Source: Candidatus Hydrogenedentota bacterium
Lineage (GTDB): Bacteria; Hydrogenedentota; Hydrogenedentia; Hydrogenedentales; SLHB01
Length of the DNA: 64,000 nucleotides
Direction of reading: 5' to 3'
Assembly (NCBI GenBank): GCA_963668025.2
Contig: CAXXTH010000010.1
Coordinates: forward strand, 960,001 to 1,024,000
The number at the start of each line of letters is the position of its first letter. The first letter of the stretch is position 1. This document shows positions 37,632 to 48,354 of the stretch, in pieces. Made by a program: the position numbers and the translations under genes. A model generated the notes under the pieces. That model saw only the letters and a list, made by a program, of their open reading frames with translations, did no database searches and was not told where the DNA came from.

Positions 37632-38192
37632 ATGAAGCGCGGCATGGTATACATTGTCTCGGGGCCATCAGGCTCAGGCAAAAACACGGTGCTCCAAGCG
37701 CTGGCTGCACGGGATTCTCGAGTGGCGCTGGCAATAACAGCGACGACTCGAGCGCCTCGATGTGGCGAAGCCGATGGGCGCGATTATTATTTTTTGTCTG
37801 AAGAGGAATTCCGCCGCCGCATTAGTGTGGACGGTTTTGTGGAGTGGGCCGAAGTGCATGGCCGCTTATATGGCACGCCGCGCGCTGAACTGATGCAGCT
37901 CTTGAACTCTGGCAAGGATGTCATTCTTCAAATTGATGTTCAGGGCATGCGAAACGTCCGCAAGTCGGGGCTTAATCCGGTCACGGTGTTTTTGGCTCCG
38001 CCATCAATGGAAGAACTCGAATCACGGCTTCGGCGGCGCGCCACGGAATCGGCGGAGCAACTAGCGGTTCGATTGGAAAATGCCCGGGCGGAAATGAATG
38101 CCCAGGGCGAATACGATTATGTGGTTGTTAATGCGAATATTGATGATGCGGCAAGCCAATTGCAGGCCATCCTTGACGCCAAGCGCGGTTAA
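37632..38192 (+). CDS. gmk: Guanylate kinase
   Basis: SGPSGSGK, TTRAPR.GE.DGRDYYF, EWAEVHG..YGT, IDVQG. Confidence 0.96.
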   Translation: MKRGMVYIVSGPSGSGKNTVLQALAARDSRVALAITATTRAPRCGEADGRDYYFLSEEEFRRRISVDGFVEWAEVHGRLYGTPRAELMQLLNSGKDVILQIDVQGMRNVRKSGLNPVTVFLAPPSMEELESRLRRRATESAEQLAVRLENARAEMNAQGEYDYVVVNANIDDAASQLQAILDAKRG

Positions 38193-38230
38193 GGCGAAAG
38201 CGGCCGCCTATCCAAAGGAGAACCAGAAAT

Positions 38231-38452
38231 ATGAGTGACATTTCCATCGAACAGTTTGACACCAAATGTGAAAGCTTGTACCAATTGGTGATTGCCGCCG
38301 CCCACCGCGCGGCGCAGATCTCCAAGCCGGACTCCCGCCCGCTGGTGCCCGTTCACTCCAGGAAACCTACGATCATTGCGCTGGAAGAGATTCTGCAAGG
38401 CAAGGTCAAGGTGAAGCGTGTGACTTCCGATGAAGACGAGTTCGTCGAATAG
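38231..38452 (+). CDS. rpoZ: RNA polymerase omega subunit
   Basis: SLYQLVIAAAHRAAQI...KPTIIALEEI; canonical gmk-rpoZ-coaBC order. Confidence 0.93.
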   Translation: MSDISIEQFDTKCESLYQLVIAAAHRAAQISKPDSRPLVPVHSRKPTIIALEEILQGKVKVKRVTSDEDEFVE

Positions 38453-39641
38453 CGTGGAAGTAGTCCTCGGCGTTACGGGTTCCATCGCGGCATATAAAGC
38501 CTGCGAGCTTGCTTCGCTGTTGGTGAAACAGGGCCTGCGGGTGACGCCAGTGCTTACCCGCTCCGCCCAGGAGTTGGCAGGCGCGGCGTCTTTCGAGGCC
38601 ATCACTGGGCAGCGTGCGATTACGGGCCTATTCGAGCCCCTGCAAGCGCCGGAGATAGCGCATATTGCGGTAGCGCGCCGGGCCAGTTTATTCCTCATCG
38701 CACCTGCCACGGCCAATATCCTCGCCAAGGCCGCACACGGCATCGCGGATGATTGGCTGAGCACCACGCTGCTGGCTACGGAAGCGCCCATCCTTTTTGC
38801 GCCAGCCATGAACACGAATATGTATAACCACCCGGCGACGCAAGCGAATATCGCCACTTTGCAAGAACGGGGCTGCCATTTCGTAGGGCCGGACTCCGGC
38901 ATGCTGGCCTGCAAGACCGAAGGCATTGGCCGCCTCATTGCGCCGCAAACCATTCTTGAAGCCGCCTTGCCGCTTCTCGATGCGCGCCGCGACTTCGAAG
39001 GCAAGCGTGTGGTGATTACCAGCGGCGGCACGCGCGAACCTATCGATCCCGTGCGCTTCATTGGCAACCGCTCCTCCGGTAAAATGGGCCGTGCTTTGGC
39101 CATGGAAGCCTTGCTGCGTAAAGCGCAAGTCACGGTGATTTCCGGCCCAAGTGAGACGCCTTTGCCTTATGGCGTGCAGGCCCACCAGGTCGAAACCGCA
39201 TCCGAGATGGCCGAATGGGTCCAGCGCATCGCCACGGAAGCGGATGTTTTTATTTCCGCCGCCGCCGTCGCCGATTATCGCGCTGAGCAGGTTTCACCGG
39301 ATAAAATCAAGCGGGCGGGCGCTCCCCTTACCTTGCGCCTTGTAGAGAATCCCGATATTCTCGCCCAAATCGGCACGCATAAGCTTCCCGGCCAAATCAT
39401 CGTGGGCTACGCCGCCGAAACCAGCGAACTCATCGGGAATGCGAAGGCTAAACTATCCGCCAAGCAAGCGGATTTCATCCTCGCCAATCAAGTCAACGCC
39501 CCCGATTCCGGCTTCGGCACTGAAACCCTCCGCTCATGCATCCTGGATGCGCAGGGCGGCGTTCAAGAACTCGGCCTGCTCGATAAAGCTGATGTCGCCC
39601 GTGTGTTATTTGACCGAATAGCCGCGCAATGCCCTGCCTGA
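38430..39641 (+). CDS. coaBC: Bifunctional phosphopantothenoylcysteine decarboxylase/synthetase
   Basis: GVTGSIAAYK, APATAN, PAMN..M, LAC...G.GR, GGTREPIDPVRFIGNRSSGKMG, AAVADY. Confidence 0.96.
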   Translation: MKTSSSNSVEVVLGVTGSIAAYKACELASLLVKQGLRVTPVLTRSAQELAGAASFEAITGQRAITGLFEPLQAPEIAHIAVARRASLFLIAPATANILAKAAHGIADDWLSTTLLATEAPILFAPAMNTNMYNHPATQANIATLQERGCHFVGPDSGMLACKTEGIGRLIAPQTILEAALPLLDARRDFEGKRVVITSGGTREPIDPVRFIGNRSSGKMGRALAMEALLRKAQVTVISGPSETPLPYGVQAHQVETASEMAEWVQRIATEADVFISAAAVADYRAEQVSPDKIKRAGAPLTLRLVENPDILAQIGTHKLPGQIIVGYAAETSELIGNAKAKLSAKQADFILANQVNAPDSGFGTETLRSCILDAQGGVQELGLLDKADVARVLFDRIAAQCPA

Positions 39642-39792
39642 AACATTTCATGAATGGTGTATGCCAAGTAATCCGCTTTTATTTTTGAAGTTTCAAATAG
39701 CCAGCAGGCGGATTTGTTCAACCGCCATAAAAGGCGCAGGCAAACACAAAAAACGCCTGTTTTTCTCTCTTGCGCTTTCTGAGGCGATTCTC

Positions 39793-39822
39793 CTATGTTC
39801 CGCGGGGCTATGTTCCGCGGGG
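39793..39822. repeat. Perfect 15-bp tandem duplication
   Basis: CTATGTTCCGCGGGG twice, directly upstream of a -35 box. Confidence 0.9.
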
Positions 39823-39823
39823 C

Positions 39824-39852
39824 TTGACGCTATCCCCATTATTTGATAGGGT
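39824..39852 (+). promoter_or_regulatory. Sigma70-type promoter for the 6S RNA
   Basis: TTGACG-17 bp-TAGGGT just upstream of the RNA. Confidence 0.55.
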
Positions 39853-39869
39853 AAACATGCCTTATGGGT

Positions 39870-40054
39870 GTTCTCCCTGCCGTGTTCGAACAGGCAGGCA
39901 AAACGTTGAACCTTATGGTGAATCTGGGAGCTCAAGATTCGTGTAGCTTACGGCAAGCCGCCTTCGAGCGGAAGTCGAGCGGCTATCGTGAGGGCGCCCC
40001 CTTAGTGGATAGGTTCATCGCGTTTTCCTCTTGACGGCAATGTGCGGGGCGAAC
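39870..40054 (+). ncRNA. ssrS: 6S RNA
   Basis: 185-nt rod: GTTCTCCCTGC pairs with GCGGGGCGAAC; AAAACGTTGAACCT pairs with AGGTTCATCGCGTTTT; bubble-flanking GGGAGC...GGCGCC; own promoter and terminator. Confidence 0.8.
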
Positions 40055-40059
40055 TTATA

Positions 40060-40088
40060 AAAAGCGGGATATGAACTATCCCGCTTTT
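40060..40088. terminator. Bidirectional intrinsic terminator
   Basis: AAAAGCGGGATA-TGAAC-TATCCCGCTTTT. Confidence 0.8.
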
Positions 40089-40564
40089 CTTATATGTCGC
40101 GACGCGCGTGTTTGCCTTAGGGGAGCGAGTCTGCGCACATGGATTTCTCTTACAGAAGCGTTTGGCCTATCGGAATCCGCTATTTTCCCGAAGACTTCCC
40201 ATTTAACTACGTTCTATAAACAAAATAGTTTACAGTCCCGTATCATTTCGTATTTTACTAATTCTAGTAGTTTTTTTTGCAAAATCAATTCATCTGCGGG
40301 TATGATTAATATGAAGCAGCTGATGTAGTAATAAAATGCACAGATGCTTGTTGGGGACGGTGTGAATTCGGAGGATATCGGGCGGAATGTTCGGAGTAAA
40401 AATTTCCCTTTTTAGTTAAATGATCCATGAAAGTAAACTGTTTACTTATATAGATCAGGGTTGTGTAAATTATACGGCTTCCATGCAGCATAACGAAACA
40501 TGCCAAAGGATTTTCGGGGCAATAGGGGTTCTTTTCTTTGGCTCACTATGGAGGAGTTTGGCGG

Positions 40565-43500
40565 ATGTGCAGGTGGATCGTGTGCGTAGGAATCGTGATG
40601 GGGTGTGCTTCATCGGCTTTGGGGGCGGTTTGGTATGTCGACAAGGATAATGCGTCAGAGGCACCAGACGGGAAGACATGGGAAACGGCCTTCACCACTA
40701 TCCAGACGGCCATAGACACGGCGTTTGCGGATGGAGGTGGGGAAGTGTGGGTAGCGGAGGGAACGTATGGGGAGGTACGGACAAGTTATCCACATGATGC
40801 TTACCCGGATGTGGACACCGGCTCTATCCTGATGAGAGAGGGCGTCGATGTATACGGCGGATTCTCTGGGAATGAGACCGAACGCTCCGCTCGCGATTGG
40901 GAAGCGTATGTGACTACCCTTGACGGTTCGGTCTCTCGGGGAGGCTCGAAAGCGTATCATGTGGTGGTAGGAGCGGATAATGCGACATTGGATGGATTAA
41001 CTATCACAGGTGGATTGTGTTCGGCCTCCAATATCGGAAGCCAAACTACTACGCAGTCCGGGGCCGGGATGTTCGGTGGAACCGCCAGGAATTGCGTTTT
41101 TGATGGCAATGTCGCCCTTTTCTTCGGGGGCGGATTATACGCTGGAACGGCCACGAACTGCATTTTTACCCATAATTCACCTTATTATTACTACAAGACA
41201 TCCGCCACCGAGAAATCCACAGAAAAAGGCGGTTATCCCAGCCGTGGCGGCGGCCTGTATGGCGGCGACGCGACGAACTGCATTTTTGTGGGCAACGGCG
41301 CCATGTACGGCGGCGGCATGAGCACCGGCGTCGCCATGAACTGCACATTTCTGGATAACGACGGAAACTACGGCACTGACATGGACAATGGGACCGCCGC
41401 CAACTGCATTTTCTGGGGTGAGTCCGCCGCCGGCATCTATCAATCCACGGTTACCTATTCGTGCGTGCACAGCGGCTTCGCGGGGGAAGGCAATATGGCG
41501 CTGGATCCCTTCTTCGTTGACGCCGTCTCCGGAGACTACCGGTTGCGCTGGGGTTCTCCGGCGGTAGATGCCGGAACCTCCGCGGGCGCACCGGTGGCGG
41601 ACATTCGAGGCGTGGCGCGGCCCCAAGGGGCGGGGGTGGACATGGGCGCCTATGAGATGGACCCCGCCATTGACGAGACCATCCAAGACATGGATGGCGA
41701 TGGCGCACCCGATGATATTGAGGAGAGCCTCGGCTGCGATCCCAATGTGGCGGATGCGGCATTATGGGCCCGCGTGACGAAGCCTTCTGAAAGTGGGACA
41801 TTTTATAAGACACCTATATATGTATATGGTAACCGTTCGTGTATCGATGTGAATATGGTGCTGTTAAGTTTTGACGGTGGTGTTAGCTTTCCGGTGGCCG
41901 CTATGCTCGATCATTTAGAATGGTCATATGTGTGGAAGCCATCGGTCGAAGGAACGTATAAAGTAGTGGTGCGAGCCATTAATGTTTACGGTGGGTATGT
42001 CGATTCAGAACCACTGACCATAAAGTACCGGTCGGCCAAGCCAGCCGCTTCCATTACCCTCCCCTGCGCAGGTGCGCATATTCAAGGTGTCGTGGATATT
42101 CAAGGAACTGCAGAAGGCTCGGATACTTACGGATTTCAAGATTATGTACTAGATTATCGGCCTGGCGCCGATCCAGACTCTACGGAAGGAATGGTAGAGC
42201 TGATCCGTGCTACACAAGTTGTTCAAGGAGCTACAAGTGAATATAAAATGACCGATCCTATGTCATGGACCCAAGCCGAACAACAAGCGGTAGAGTGGGG
42301 CGGGCATTTGGCAACGATAAACAGCCAAGAAGAAAATGATTATGTTTATCAATTATTAACAGGAATAGGGAAAGTCTGGATAGGATTGAATGATGTTGCA
42401 GAAGAGGGAGAATTTGTCTGGGTCAGCGGCGATACCTCTGTTTACAGGAATTGGGATACGGGTGAGCCCAACAATATAGGGAATGAAGACTACATAGAAA
42501 TGTATGGTTCAGCGGCTTCATCATCTACCCAATTCGGGAAATGGAATGACGCATCGAACAGCAACTCTGAACCGGGTCTAGTCGAAATACCGAGTAATGG
42601 AGCGGTGCTTTATAGTGGCTGGGATGTAAGCGGATTAGAGCCTGGGCCCTATACGCTTCGGCTACAAGTGACGGATGGTTCCGGGCTGGTCACGAGCACC
42701 ACCTGGACGACAGTTTATGTAGACCATGATTCTGTGGCCCCTGAAGCGCTCACGGGGTTAAATATTGTTGGCGATGTATATTCGAGCGTAGTAGCGAATG
42801 GTAATACGGCGCATGTGGCCGGCCAAGCGGAACCGGGCAGTGTAATCGATTCCGCCCAGGTGCTGGACGCATCAGGCGAGGTGTTGATGGATATCACCAC
42901 CGACATGTGCTTGCATCTCAACGGTGTGATTCGAGGCGTTTTTACGTTGCCCGATGAACTCTCCACCACCTCTATTAGCCTACAACTTCGAGTGCGCGAC
43001 GCCGTAGGCAATGTAGGGCCGTATGCGCAATCCAACGTGCTGCCGGTGGATAACGCCAATCCTACAATTTCGGTGAGTTTTCCCTTATCCAACGCAATGT
43101 TGCCTCGGGCCGGAGTTTTACTGACCGGCTTTGCGGAAGACGCCGGTGCTGGAGGGCTCGCGCGGGTGGAATTTAGCGCCGATGGCACGAATTGGGTGGA
43201 GGCTGCGGGAACGGCTGCTTGGAGCTATGCCTGGTCGCCGACGGCGGATGGTAATTATACCCTTCATTTTCGGGCGGTCGATCAACTCGGAAATTCAATC
43301 GAGACCACTATTCCAGTTCATGTAGACAGTACATACCCGTCGGCTTACATCACCACCCCAGCGCAAGGAGCGCAGCTTAACCAAGGGGCCATGGTGGATA
43401 TTCAAGGTTCCGCCTTTGATGCGGCTGATTTTGACAAATATGTGCTCCGGTATGCGCCAGGCATGTCGCCGGTATCTGGATGGGTTTCTATCACTTCCAC

Positions 43501-44212
43501 TCCAGTGACCACGCCGGTGGAGAATGGGCATTTGGCGGATTGGGATACTACTGGTTTATCGGAAGGAATCTATACGATTCGCTTGTATGTGTTTGACCAG
43601 GCGGAAAACTTCGTGGTGTTTGACATGCAAGTGTATGTGGCGGTAAATACGTTGCCCATAGCCACGGGACTTGGATTTAATCCGCCAGTCTTAGGCATAG
43701 GCGATTTATTGGCGGATGTGTATGCCGGTCTGGAAGCGCTCTATACCTATGAAGACGCCGATGGCGATGCCCAGGCCGATTGCCATATCCAATGGTTCAA
43801 AGACGGTTTGGTGCAATCCACGTTTGACAATGTGAATCCGGTGCCCAAAGAGGCCTTATTGGAAGGAGGCGCATGGAGTTTCCACGTGCAATTCCTCGAC
43901 GGCAAGGAGTGGGGGGAATGGTTCGCGAGTGATTCGTTGACCGTACTGACGGATAGCGATGGAGACGGGATCCTAGATACCGTCGAGGGAGCAGGCGATC
44001 CCGATGGCGACACCACGCCTAACTATCTGGACCTGGATAGCGACGACGACAGTGTTCCTGATTCCGTGGAACAAGCCAATGGCAGCGACCCTTATGATCC
44101 CACCAGCATACCTCCGTTGCCTATAAACGGGTTGCTTTTGATGGTCTTGTTATTGTCGGGAATTGGTGTCATCGTGTTACAACAATGCAAGATGTTCAAT
44201 AAACCTATGTAA
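40565..44212 (+). CDS. Large surface protein: beta-helix, Ig-like repeats, C-type lectin domain (EPN), TSP3-like Asp repeats, TM tail
   Basis: GGAGGAG RBS; signal peptide; WYVD...DG.TW.TAF, GGG repeats, DMGAYE; WIGLND...GEPNN...WND; DSDGDG repeats; tail LPINGLLLMVLLL. Confidence 0.8.
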   Translation: MCRWIVCVGIVMGCASSALGAVWYVDKDNASEAPDGKTWETAFTTIQTAIDTAFADGGGEVWVAEGTYGEVRTSYPHDAYPDVDTGSILMREGVDVYGGFSGNETERSARDWEAYVTTLDGSVSRGGSKAYHVVVGADNATLDGLTITGGLCSASNIGSQTTTQSGAGMFGGTARNCVFDGNVALFFGGGLYAGTATNCIFTHNSPYYYYKTSATEKSTEKGGYPSRGGGLYGGDATNCIFVGNGAMYGGGMSTGVAMNCTFLDNDGNYGTDMDNGTAANCIFWGESAAGIYQSTVTYSCVHSGFAGEGNMALDPFFVDAVSGDYRLRWGSPAVDAGTSAGAPVADIRGVARPQGAGVDMGAYEMDPAIDETIQDMDGDGAPDDIEESLGCDPNVADAALWARVTKPSESGTFYKTPIYVYGNRSCIDVNMVLLSFDGGVSFPVAAMLDHLEWSYVWKPSVEGTYKVVVRAINVYGGYVDSEPLTIKYRSAKPAASITLPCAGAHIQGVVDIQGTAEGSDTYGFQDYVLDYRPGADPDSTEGMVELIRATQVVQGATSEYKMTDPMSWTQAEQQAVEWGGHLATINSQEENDYVYQLLTGIGKVWIGLNDVAEEGEFVWVSGDTSVYRNWDTGEPNNIGNEDYIEMYGSAASSSTQFGKWNDASNSNSEPGLVEIPSNGAVLYSGWDVSGLEPGPYTLRLQVTDGSGLVTSTTWTTVYVDHDSVAPEALTGLNIVGDVYSSVVANGNTAHVAGQAEPGSVIDSAQVLDASGEVLMDITTDMCLHLNGVIRGVFTLPDELSTTSISLQLRVRDAVGNVGPYAQSNVLPVDNANPTISVSFPLSNAMLPRAGVLLTGFAEDAGAGGLARVEFSADGTNWVEAAGTAAWSYAWSPTADGNYTLHFRAVDQLGNSIETTIPVHVDSTYPSAYITTPAQGAQLNQGAMVDIQGSAFDAADFDKYVLRYAPGMSPVSGWVSITSTPVTTPVENGHLADWDTTGLSEGIYTIRLYVFDQAENFVVFDMQVYVAVNTLPIATGLGFNPPVLGIGDLLADVYAGLEALYTYEDADGDAQADCHIQWFKDGLVQSTFDNVNPVPKEALLEGGAWSFHVQFLDGKEWGEWFASDSLTVLTDSDGDGILDTVEGAGDPDGDTTPNYLDLDSDDDSVPDSVEQANGSDPYDPTSIPPLPINGLLLMVLLLSGIGVIVLQQCKMFNKPM

Positions 44213-44433
44213 TGCTTATTTTAAAGTATTAGACTATGTAGTTTTTTTTAAGATAGATTAAGGCATTTGAATGTGAAAAATAGTTAATGTATGAATGTGC
44301 TAAATAAGTTGAGATTTCATTTATATTACTAAGGTACTAATGAGAAAATACACTAAATTACAAAAACAAGCCATGTGAATGTTTGGGGCAATATGGGTTC
44401 AGTTCCATGGCTCACCATAAAGGAGATCGGCGG

Positions 44434-47400
44434 ATGCGCAGATGGATCGTGTGCGTAGGAATCGTGATGGGGTGCGCTTCATCGGCTTTGGGAACAGTTT
44501 GGTATGTCGACAAAGGTAATACATCAGAGGCACAGGACGGCCAGAGTTGGGAAACCGCCTTCGCAACCATTCAACCGGCTATAGACGCAGCTTTCTCTGA
44601 CGGGGGCTGCGAGGTGTGGGTGGCGAAGGGCGCATACGGGGAAGCCCGGGTGAGTTACCCGCATAATGAGCACTCGGATGTGAACACCGGCTCGATCATC
44701 ATGAAGGAGGGAGTCAATCTTTATGGTGGATTTGCTGGAAATGAGGTAGACCGTTCGTCCCGTGATGTAGAAGCCAATGAAACCATAATCGATGGCTCGA
44801 CCGCTCTTGAAGGTGCGAACGCATATCATGTCGTGGTAGGCGCAAACGACGCAATGTTGGATGGGTTCACTATCACTGGGGGTAAATGCTCGTCTAACAC
44901 TATCGGCGATAAGACAACTACTCAGTCTGGCGCTGGAATGTGTGGCGGGACCGCCGTGAACTGCAAATTTGCTGACAACTGGGCAACCTACTTCGGCGGA
45001 GGGATGTATGCTGGAATTGCAATGAATTGCAGGTTCACGGGCAATATATCTTCAAACAAGGGTGGCGGAATGTATTCCTGCACAGCAGTGAACTGTAGGT
45101 TTTCAGGCAATGATGCGTATGACGGTGGCGGCATATATGGCGGCACGGCCACGAATTGCACTATCACAAACAACACCGCCACCTACGGCGGAGGTATGTA
45201 CGGTGGCGTCGCCACGAACTGCATTTTCACCGGTGATTCCGCGACATTTGGCGGTGGCTTGAATGCTGGAACCGCCATGAACTGTACCTTCGCCAACAAT
45301 CAGAGATCGACCGGCAGCGATATCAATGATGGAACCGCCACGAACTGCATCTTCTGGGGGGAATCCGCTGCCGGTATACGTAGATCCTCAGTTGTTTATT
45401 CTTGTGTAAAAGCTGGCTTCGCTGGGGTTGGCAATATCGCATTGGATCCTTTCTTCATCGATACCGCATCTGGGGATTTTCGCTTGCGATGGGGCTCTCC
45501 AGCGGTGAACGCGGGAACAGCATCAGGTGCTCCTGCAACCGATATCCGCGGGGTGGCGCGGCCGCAAGGCGCCGGCGTGGATATGGGTGCCTACGAAATG
45601 AGTCCAACGTCTGACCAGGATCTGCCAGATACGGATGGTGATGGAGCGCCGGACGCGATAGAAGAAAGCCTCGGCTGTGACCCTGAAGTGGCCGATGCAG
45701 CGTTATGTGCACGGTTGACTAATCCGTCGACAGGGAGCACACTTAATGCGGCACCTATCTATTTGAGGGGCACACGTGCGTGTGTAGATGTGAATCTGGT
45801 GCTCTTGAGTTTCGATGGCGGTATCTCCTTCACGACGGCGGCAACGCCGAATGACTTAGAATGGTCATATTCATGGACTCCGTCATTGGAAGGAACGTAT
45901 AGCATTGTGGTGCGGGGAATTAATGTTTATGGCGGCTATGTCGATTCTGATCCGGTAACTGTGCGGTACCGGCCGACCAGGCCGACCGCCGATATCTACT
46001 CTCCATACGCTGGAGCGCACATACAAGGCGTTATCGATATCCTGGGAAAGGCCAAGGGCTCGGATATATATGGATTTCAGGATTATGTACTGGATTACCG
46101 GCCAGGAACGGATCCGAACGCTACGGAAGGAGTGATTGAACTGATACATTCGGTGGAGCCCGTGGAAGGAACAATGGTTGAGTATAGGCTGACAGATGCC
46201 ATGCCCTGGACCAGCGCAGAAGAACAAGCAGTAGCTTGGGGTGGACATCTAGTAACGATAAACAACCAACTAGAAAACGAGTACCTTGCAAATTCCTCGT
46301 GGATTTTCGCAGATCAGGACAGAGTCTGGATTGGTTTGAATGACGCGGCAGAAGAAGGACATTTTGTATGGGTGAGCGGTGAGACTTCTACATACCGGAA
46401 CTGGATGCGGGGCCAACCCGATAACAACAACGGAGAGGAAGACTATGTAGAGTTCTACGGCGCCACCCCCTACTATGCTTACCAGAAGCAATGGAATGAC
46501 AGGCCCAATTCAGAAAATCTTCGAGGTCTTGCTGAAATACCTACTGATGGCGCGGTCCTGTATCGCAACTGGGATGTAAGCGGGCTGGAGCCTGGTCCGT
46601 ATACGCTACGGCTACTCGTGACGGATGCTTCCGGATTGGTTACCGGCACTGCCTGGACGACGGTATATGTAGACCACGACTCGGTGGCTCCTGAAGCGCC
46701 GTCTCCGCTAGACATAACAGGCGGCACGTATGCCAGCATCGTGGCGAATGGGAATACGGTACATGTGGCCGGCCAAGCGGAACCGGGCAGTGTAATCGAT
46801 TCCGCACAGGTGCTTGACGCATCGGGCGCGGTGTTGATGGATATCACCACTGACATGTGCTTGCATCTCAACGGTGTGATTCGAGGCGTTTTTACGTTGC
46901 CCGATGAACTCTCCACCACCTCTATTAGCCTACAACTTCGAGTGCGCGACGCCGTAGGCAATGTAGGGGCGTATGCGCAATCCAACGTGCTGCCGGTGGA
47001 TAACGCCAATCCTACAATTTCGGTGAGTTTCCCCTTATCCAACGCGATGCTGCCTCGGGCCGGAGTTTTGCTGACCGGCTTCGCGAAAGACGCCGGTGAA
47101 GGAGGGCTCGCGCGGGTGGAATTTGGCACCGATGGTACGAATTGGGTGGAGGCTGCGGGAACGGCTGCGTGGAGCTATCTATGGACGCCGACGGCGGATG
47201 GCGATTATACCCTTCATCTTCGTGCTGTCGATCAATTGGGTAATTCTGTCGAGACCACTATTCCAGTGCATGTCGATAGTGCATATCCGACGGCTACTAT
47301 CGCCACCCCCGCGCAAGGAGCGCAGCTTAACCAAGGAGCCATGGTGGATATTCAAGGTTCCGCCTTTGATGCGGTGGATTTTGATCAATATGTGCTCCGG

Positions 47401-48156
47401 TATGCGCCAGGCATGTCGCCGGCATCTGGATGGGTTTCTATCACTTCCACTCCAGTGGCCACGCCGGTGGAGAATGGGCATTTGGCGGATTGGGATACTT
47501 CTGGTTTGGCGGAAGGGATCTATACCGTTCGCTTGTATGTGTTTGACCAGGCGGAAAACTCCGTAGTGTTTGACATGCAAGTGTATGTGGCGGTAAATAC
47601 GCTGCCCATAGCTACGGGACTGGGATTTAATCCACCCGTCTTGGGAATAGGCGATTTATTGGCGGATGTGTATACCGGTCTGGAAGCGGTCTATACCTAT
47701 GAAGACGCCGATGGCGATGCCCAAGCCGATTGCCATATCCAATGGTTCAAAGACGGTGTAGCGCAATCGACGTTGAACAATGTGAATCCGGTGCCCAAAG
47801 AGGCCTTATTAGAAGGAGGCGCATGGAGTTTCCAAGTGCAATTCCTCGACGGCAAGGAGTGGGGAGAATGGTTCGCGAGTGAACCGTTAATTGTACAGAC
47901 GGATAGCGATGGAGACGGTATCTTAGATACCGTCGAGGGAACTGGCGATCCAGATGGCGACACCACTCCAAACTATCTGGACCTGGATAGCGATGACGAC
48001 AGTGTTCCGGATTCCGTGGAACAAGCCAATGGCAGCGACCCTTATGATCCCACCAGCATACCTCCGTTGCCGCTGGACTGGCGGCTGCTCGCCGTGATCA
48101 CACTGGGTAGTTTGGTCTTGGCCATGCGGAGACGAATCGCGTGGCAAAAGTCATAA
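44434..48156 (+). CDS. Large surface protein, tandem paralog with C-type lectin domain (QPD)
   Basis: AAGGAG RBS; same architecture; WIGLND...GQPDN...WND; tail [23 protein letters not shown]. Confidence 0.8.
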   Translation: MRRWIVCVGIVMGCASSALGTVWYVDKGNTSEAQDGQSWETAFATIQPAIDAAFSDGGCEVWVAKGAYGEARVSYPHNEHSDVNTGSIIMKEGVNLYGGFAGNEVDRSSRDVEANETIIDGSTALEGANAYHVVVGANDAMLDGFTITGGKCSSNTIGDKTTTQSGAGMCGGTAVNCKFADNWATYFGGGMYAGIAMNCRFTGNISSNKGGGMYSCTAVNCRFSGNDAYDGGGIYGGTATNCTITNNTATYGGGMYGGVATNCIFTGDSATFGGGLNAGTAMNCTFANNQRSTGSDINDGTATNCIFWGESAAGIRRSSVVYSCVKAGFAGVGNIALDPFFIDTASGDFRLRWGSPAVNAGTASGAPATDIRGVARPQGAGVDMGAYEMSPTSDQDLPDTDGDGAPDAIEESLGCDPEVADAALCARLTNPSTGSTLNAAPIYLRGTRACVDVNLVLLSFDGGISFTTAATPNDLEWSYSWTPSLEGTYSIVVRGINVYGGYVDSDPVTVRYRPTRPTADIYSPYAGAHIQGVIDILGKAKGSDIYGFQDYVLDYRPGTDPNATEGVIELIHSVEPVEGTMVEYRLTDAMPWTSAEEQAVAWGGHLVTINNQLENEYLANSSWIFADQDRVWIGLNDAAEEGHFVWVSGETSTYRNWMRGQPDNNNGEEDYVEFYGATPYYAYQKQWNDRPNSENLRGLAEIPTDGAVLYRNWDVSGLEPGPYTLRLLVTDASGLVTGTAWTTVYVDHDSVAPEAPSPLDITGGTYASIVANGNTVHVAGQAEPGSVIDSAQVLDASGAVLMDITTDMCLHLNGVIRGVFTLPDELSTTSISLQLRVRDAVGNVGAYAQSNVLPVDNANPTISVSFPLSNAMLPRAGVLLTGFAKDAGEGGLARVEFGTDGTNWVEAAGTAAWSYLWTPTADGDYTLHLRAVDQLGNSVETTIPVHVDSAYPTATIATPAQGAQLNQGAMVDIQGSAFDAVDFDQYVLRYAPGMSPASGWVSITSTPVATPVENGHLADWDTSGLAEGIYTVRLYVFDQAENSVVFDMQVYVAVNTLPIATGLGFNPPVLGIGDLLADVYTGLEAVYTYEDADGDAQADCHIQWFKDGVAQSTLNNVNPVPKEALLEGGAWSFQVQFLDGKEWGEWFASEPLIVQTDSDGDGILDTVEGTGDPDGDTTPNYLDLDSDDDSVPDSVEQANGSDPYDPTSIPPLPLDWRLLAVITLGSLVLAMRRRIAWQKS

Positions 48157-48172
48157 ATCAAGTATAGCCATA

Positions 48173-48214
48173 ACCAAAAGGCAGGCTGCTTGTAGAGGCG
48201 GCTTGCCTTTTGGT
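48173..48214 (+). terminator. Stem-loop terminator
   Basis: ACCAAAAGGCAGGCTGCTT-GTAG-AGGCGGCTTGCCTTTTGGT. Confidence 0.65.
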
Positions 48215-48354
48215 GCGTTACCGACATGGCGAGATCCACAAATGCCATCTCATTATGTACATCCGTACCCCGTTGACAAGATGGTAGTTCTTCACTACAC
48301 CGCTGTTTTCACGGGCGGCGAAACAGCCCTCCTTCATCCTGCTCAACTTATGAA

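Noticed and set aside
42240-46540. Diversity-generating retroelement targeting the lectin domains
   Set aside because: No reverse transcriptase or template repeat in the window; differences between copies are not adenine-specific and the domain is internal.
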